In this document: positions 57,901 through 64,000 of the stretch, piece by piece | Layout of the letters: each line of letters begins with the position of its first letter | Position numbering within the stretch: position 1 is the first letter of the stretch | Assembly: GCA_000708835.1 (NCBI GenBank) | Contig: DF237027.1 | Location: 1 to 64,000 of the forward strand | Length of the DNA stretch: 64,000 nt | From: Klebsormidium nitens | Lineage: Eukaryota > Plantae > Klebsormidiophyceae | Reading direction: 5' to 3' | The notes under the pieces: model-generated | Told to the model about the DNA's origin: nothing | Seen by the model: the letters and a program-made list of their open reading frames with translations, nothing else | Databases searched by the model: none | Translations under genes and position numbers: made by a program

Positions 57901-60367
57901 CATGCCGTGCGTGTTGGGACTTCACAGCGATCGACGCACTTGACAGTTCAGGCGGCTTAGTCTGTCCCAGATCAAGGACGAAAATGCATCGATCATTGCA
58001 CTGCAGAAACCTGCGAAGTGCAGGAGCCGTTGGATGTCTGCTCGATCCGCATCTCGAAAGTCTCCGCAATCACTCACTTCAAATAAGTCCGCGAGTTGTA
58101 AGCCCAGTGAGCAACAAGCTGCGCTCTGTGGGGTTGGCTAAGGGGTTAAGGTGCGTCTGGGTGTAGAAAGCGCAAGTCCTCGGTTCCAGGTATCCATGAC
58201 ATCGAAAGGGTCTTTACTCTTCATTGGGCTTACTTCCACCAGATTGAGAATAACGCCACTTTGGAGGATCTTGCTGACGTGTGCAGCATGTTTCTCCGGC
58301 CGCCAGGTGTCGCACGGGGCGCTCCAGTTCATGGCGTACGAGGAGATGCGGAAGCTCGCTGTGAAGGCGCGGAGTGTGAATAGCCACCGGCCGCCGAGTG
58401 GCGGCTCCGGCAGCGGGGACTCCGAGCTGGTGAGGACTCCATCTGAGGGTATTCACATTTGTGAAAAGAGTGGGCAACTCATTTACAACATCCGTCATGC
58501 TAGCTCAACAGAGATTCTTGCCAGCCTCGATTGCTCAGCCAAACACAATCGGGTAGCAAAGGGGCCTCTTCACACGGATCAAAAACAGGCCGACGTCAGC
58601 ATGACGTGATTGGAGCATGGTCTTACGAACGTAACCCTTGACCTCTTACCTTTACCCTTAGGAGGCTTCAGCAACTTTTTGCTCCACACCTGTCGGAACC
58701 GTCGGCCTTGTACACGACACGTTTTTGACCCGTTTGCAAACTTAACCGTCACGCGTTGACATCCACTCCACACGCCTGCAGAAGTAGTGAAGCTCACCAT
58801 AGCGGCACGAAGATGCAGATGCACACGAGTTCAACCGCGCGGATTATTTGGTGTCATGCTGAGCTGAAAAGTAGGAGGGCTCTGACCATCAAGACTTTCT
58901 TCTTCTACAGAAAGCCGTCGACTTTGCAAGCATTGGTGCAGCGTCCAAGCTCTTCGCCACGGTGGTTACATATCCGACACAGGTACGTGGGCATATGCTT
59001 TTTCGCACGCTCTAACCTTTAGCGCTCAGAATGGTAAACCCTGAATCGTGGACTTTGAAGTTCAGACCCTAAGTTGTAAAGTTTTTAAGATTCTAAGCGC
59101 TCGCCTGCATCCTGCTGTCATTCATCTCGCATGAAACGTTACCAGGACTTTCAACCATTGTTCCCCTGTTCCATAAGCGACCAACTTTAAGTTAGCTAAG
59201 TTGGTCGCCAAACAAATTGGCGGGTGCCGCCGTTCTGCCTAAATAGGATGGCCAGTAGAAGCTCTTGTGTTGCATGTCCGGCCGTCTTTGCTAGGACCCT
59301 AACACCAGCATCTTCAAAATGTGCGGTTGGCTTGAGGCTTCAATCTATGGAGGAAAGCCTAATGTGTCGCTTCGCTTGCAGGTCATTCGATCGCGTCTTC
59401 AAGTGAGTTTCTCCTCGGGCCTCCGAATCAGAAGACAGGGAAATATCTTGCATCGCTTCATCACTGCTTGGATGCTACGGATCCTACAGAGTTCTAGGAT
59501 TGACTAACTTCAGACGCCGCTCTCCTGTTCCCTTCCCATTTAGACAAATGCGCAGCAGAGCACTACAACGTGTACGGATTGTGCGCCTTGTTGGCTTTTG
59601 CAAGGATCGTCAATTTTGCAAGCGTTCACCATAGGAAGCTTTCGATGAGGTCAGCTTGCGCTGCTGAGGCCGTCAGATGGTTCCAGACTTGACGGCGTCC
59701 TTTCTTAGATTCCCTTCAGTAATGGTTTGAAAAGCCTACTGATCATTTTGTCCCGCTTTTGGGAATGCAGCAACGGCCCGGGCAGATGGGCCACAAGTAC
59801 CGAAACGGCTGGCACGCGTTGCGGGAGCTACTAAAGTGAGCTCTTGAATCTCTTCGGCTCCCCTTACGTCACCAGTGATTTTAAGGGTTCACCACTTTCC
59901 CTTCGCGCCGGCCTCTAAGGGCGACGCAGCCTTTGCTGTCCCAAGTCCGAGTGGCTTGGTTTTGTTTCGCAGCTCCTTTTGACGTTTGGAATATTGAGTG
60001 TTCAAAGACGGGCTCGAATGCATTGTTTTGCAAAGGCATAGTTCCGGATGAGCATAAAATGCCCTTTCAGACCATCGCAGTAAGGGCTGGAAGCATTCTC
60101 TGCTTCTGCGGAAGTTTCTTAAGGAAGGCGGGAGCTTGAGCTGTATCATGAAACGTCTGATAACAGCGCACTTGCAAAGAACGGCGATATTTGTGTCCTG
60201 AACGACGGTCTTCTTAATATAGTCGGTTTCCTTGCAGGAACGAGGGGGCTCGTGGGTTGTACAAAGGTTTTGTGCCAAATGTGCTGCGGGTCATGCCCTC
60301 GTCAGCGATTACCTTTGTTCTTTACGAGAGCTTGATGCGGGTTCTAAAGCAGCGAGAGAAGTCCTGA
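54948..60367 (+). CDS. FOLT1: Mitochondrial-carrier-family folate/FAD transporter (FOLT1/SLC25A32-like) with a ~110-aa N-terminal extension
   Basis: Exons 54948-55380, 55734-55810, 56179-56255, 56478-56574, 57072-57198, 57586-57659, 58307-58429, 58911-58982, 59382-59402, 59771-59835, 60238-60367. Three carrier signatures HPLDVIKTRLQ, NPIWVLKTRLQ and YPTQVIRSRLQ. SSISWGIYF and VSHGALQFMAYEE are typical of the folate-carrier subfamily. Confidence 0.88.
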
Positions 60368-61349
60368 GCTTCGGAAGGATACTGAATCTGGTTTGGTGTT
60401 GGAGCGCAGTGCGTCTCATTTGCAGCTGCGCCCTTGTCAGACATCCTTCTAGAGATCATGAGAGAAGGTGTGGTCGAAGCGCCGCGCTTTGATTACATGC
60501 AAATTCAAGCACGATCGACTGGTGTATCTGCAAAGTTTCATATATCAGAACGAGGGGTTTGCAGTGGGCCGTGTTTCGAGTCCAATAACGTCATATGGCT
60601 GCACGCCGCGCAATACGCTCACATTTTAGTTTGAAATAGGTATACTATGATACGTTCAATCTGCCGCGCATGATGCAGAGGGGCACAATATCTGCATTAT
60701 AGTACTATATTATATCATTGCTCACGCGGTCTTGATTGGATCTCGACGGCGAATCTACGAGTTCGTGTACGTGCTTGCATGCCTGCGCAGACCCAACGTG
60801 CACCATGACCGTCCGGGGATGTGTGTGATCGCGGGCATGCCATAAATTAATGATGATGCCTTATGGGGACATCAAGCTATAGCCCGGCGCGGCGCCCATG
60901 ATAAGGCCGTCGTCACATATATAATCATCTTGCATGCGCGCGGCATATGGTGCATGCACCGTTCAGCTTGATGATCATGTGCATAACCGGAGATGTCGTG
61001 TACAGCTCTTTGCATGACTTCAAGCGCAGCATGGGAACTCCGACATAACTCAAGCGCTGACGGCTTGAAAGTGCCGTACGGTATATGGGCCGACCACTTC
61101 GAAGTTTCGAGGCAGCCGAGCGCTTGGCCGTGGCGCCACCGACGGATATCAAGGCCCGAGAATAGGACTGGCATCAGATATGCCTCTATCGATTACCAGA
61201 TACCTGGTAAAGCAGACCAATATAATAAATCCTTCAAGCAAGCGTTCGATCAATCACCAATTGCTTCAATGTACTCAGACTGGTCAGCTGACCCCAAGAG
61301 TTATCTATGTGCAGGCAGGACGATCGCTGTTTGATCCTTGCTGACGAAC

Positions 61350-64000
61350 TTAAGAGCTGGCTGACAACTCGCTCCCACATCGAAGCACGTTCGGCCACCT
61401 CTTTCGAAGCCAGTCTCGATGGCCCAAACCCTTCCCGCGCCCTGGCTTGGGATTCTCAACGTCTCCTTGACTCCTCCCTGGTTCGTGGTTGAGCAAGATG
61501 CCGAAGAGGAGCTTTCCCTGCCGGAAAAGAACATGGCTTTAGCAACTTGCTTCGTCCTTCCGTCAATTATAAACAACATGCCGATTGTTACACGCCATGT
61601 ACTTGAGAGGTCAGTTTCCTCTAGTGATTCAAAGGTCGATTGGCTATCCAGACTTGAAGAGATGAGCAACAATCTTGAAAGCAAAGGCGTTACGGAGCAG
61701 ACTCTTAATGTCGAACCACGTGTCAAAGACGGTCCCAGCTTCTAAAAAGAAGGTACATACACGAAAGCCTACAGCTTACAAAAAGACTCTGGCCGACTCC
61801 CAGCAATATCTCTGAACCGATCTTCAGAGCTTCTGTCCATCAAGTCTTAGAGCTGACTTGTTCACAGCTCGTCCGGAAGAACATTCCAAACAATGTTCGT
61901 CCCACGCAAGGTTCAGAGTGAAGGCCCGGGCTCTCACCTTATTGCGACGGAAGGATGCCAGCGCCAGGAGGGGCTCGTTGCCGCCCTTCTCGCCCGTCTT
62001 CTGGTCGACCGTGATCATTGAACATCGGCTGCAGCCGCCAATGACCTGACAGAAGGCCGACGAGAAAGATGAGACGGAGGACTAGCATGCAAGTCTTGTT
62101 TGCTCGGCATTCTTATCCAGAGCAGAAAGTCAGAGGACCAGCTTGATAGAAGGTCTGTATCTTAAAAGGGCCTCTGATTTTAGCTCTTTCACGCTTTCGC
62201 ACGAAGCTCCTGGCAAAGTTCTCCACGGTGGGGCATTTTGAGCACAATCAGGATTCAGCAAAAGCAGAAGACTTCCAGAATCCTTTACTACCGACAAGCC
62301 ACTTGCAGCATAGTCAAAAACCACTTCACCTACTCGCTGTAAGAGCAGGTGTCACGTATTGCCGATCGAGTCAGTAAGGTCCGCCGAAATTCAACCTCAA
62401 AAGGTGCTCTCACAACGGCAACACAGCCAGCAGTTGCGAAACTCTTCGAGGCTCAGAGTACCATTGCTGTTGATCGGCGCATTCATCAGCGACTTTCTTT
62501 TACTGCGGCTGGTCATTGGGCGCGAGCCCCTCACCCCGAATTGCTGACCGGCGATCCGGACCTGCTGCCACGTGTCCTCCTCGAACGGTTCCAGACCCCG
62601 GACGACGAGGTTCGGCCGGAACCTCTCCGGCTCCAAAACCTCCAAACCCCGACTACCTTTCTTTTTATCCCCCGACCGTCCGTCCGTTTCTACCATTCGC
62701 CGGTTGAGCTCTTCCACGCTCGCCGTGTTCACGAGCAGAAACTGCCCCTCGTTCGCGAACCCTAAACTGCTGTCTAGCTGCTCGTCTGCTGTAGTATTTA
62801 CCTTTCTATTCTCGTTTGTCTGCGCTGCAGACGTGTGATGCGGGCTGGCTATTTCGGATTGTTGCTTGAGCTTATGAGGTGTTTGTCTATGTACAGTGCG
62901 GGATCTGGGCTGTTGTCTGACTAGGGTACAAGGGATGCCCAAAGCGTCCGAGAACCAGGAGGAAATCTCAGGACCGTACGCATCCGCGCCGGGCCTGCGG
63001 AGAAGAAACCTAACTCATGCAAACAGGAACTTTTTTGAGCAGGATCGGATCTGCCGTCTGACGTCTGGTGTCCCTCTGCTCATAAACTGGTCACTGGAAT
63101 CTAGGGCACGCTTTCTAGCCGCACTGAGGAAAGAAAGACGAGAAGAAAAACAGAAACTGCTACTTGCCTGTCATCTGCCTCTGAACATCATCACACATGT
63201 AGCATCAGAGATCACGGGTTCTTGGAAAGCCCCTGGCTTGGCAACGGAGAAGGAACCAGCGCTTCTATCCTCAGTTTCACTAAGCAGACCACAAAGCAGT
63301 GGCTTCGAACTTCGAGATGTTGGTGGCGAGATACGATTCAGTCTAGCTATATAAGCCACATTCTATCCCCTCAAAAAGATTTTAACCTAGGGAGAAATAG
63401 AATCAAACCCTCATCAATGCAGAAGGCAAGATGGACAGCTTTTGAACGCAGACAAGCTCCCGACGAGCATGAGTCCCTAGAGTATTGCGCCACTGAACGA
63501 ATGGACTCACCGGTCTCCACAAACTTGTACGGTTCCGTCGAGTGTCGCCCTTGGGCGCGAGTGCAGTGGAACAAGTAGCGCATCTTGCATGGCACGTGAC
63601 GTCACACGGAGGTGGCCCGCTTCTAGGTCGATCGAGGCTTGCAGCGTGCATAGAGCGGGTACCTGTGGCGGGGCGTGAGGAAGGCGGGTAAGCAGACAGA
63701 CACCAAATGGCGTGTTTTGGACGTCCGAAATGTTTGCGTAATAGTCCGTAAGTAGTAAAACGACAAGCCCCACGTCGAGGCTTGATGACAAACTCCTTGG
63801 TGGCACCACGCTTGGAAGGTATCCAGATCAATAAGAAGTGAACAGACTGAAGGCTTACAGAAGTACTCACACATATCTGCGTCAGACGCTAACAATTATC
63901 AATGAGGCAGGAACAAGCTTCAGAACATGATAAAACTAAAACGTCGCCTCTTTGCCTAGTGGGGAGGGCGATAAAGCTCTCACCTTCTTCTGCGTCAACC
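61350..64000 (-). CDS. ABA3: Molybdenum cofactor sulfurase, C-terminal MOSC_N and MOSC domains (5' part lies beyond the window)
   Basis: Exons >64000-63984, 63662-63511, 62994-62535, 62045-61938, 61517-61350. Motifs LTQKK|VP, WFSDALGIPCTL, GFANEGQFLL, RFRPNLVV, GGCSRCSMI, EPLLALASFRR and GKLLFGILL. A stand-alone MOSC protein cannot be excluded without the 5' part. Confidence 0.85.

Noticed and set aside
59990-60060. Possible decayed decoy of the last FOLT1 exon (FCKGIVP versus LYKGFVP)
   Set aside because: Similarity is too short and gapped to distinguish from chance by eye.
48637-64000. PDH, folate/FAD carrier and Moco sulfurase as a cofactor gene cluster
   Set aside because: Different pathways and compartments; adjacency in a compact genome is expected by chance without synteny or co-expression data.

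Overview
Intron-rich eukaryotic nuclear DNA from a green plant lineage. Plant-type LRRs, a plastid PDH E1-alpha, ABA3 and TTTTAGGG motifs suggest a streptophyte alga such as Klebsormidium (inference, not checked). I assembled ten protein-coding genes by hand from GT/GC-AG sites and reading phase. In order: an LRR ectodomain fused to an XK/Xkr-like multipass membrane region (+), a small single-pass membrane protein (-), mRNA cap guanine-N7 methyltransferase (+), an unknown multipass membrane protein (+), IST1-like ESCRT-III factor (+), a ~1110-aa orphan charged protein (-), an EXPERA/TMEM97-like protein (+), plastid PDH E1-alpha (-), a FOLT1/SLC25A32-like carrier (+) and the 3' part of Moco sulfurase ABA3 (-, truncated by the window edge). 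There is also a 402-bp TA-flanked MITE and a 511-N gap with identical 56-bp flanks. The most striking unexplained structure is eight intronic arrays, in three genes, of serially duplicated ~100-190-bp units that span a splice junction. They place 1-4 decoy splice sites beside the real exon; most decoys hit a stop or frameshift, and a few have lost the AG. The second lead is the kinase-less LRR receptor whose membrane region carries Xkr scramblase motifs. All exon models and family assignments come from reading the sequence; no alignment or database search was run.
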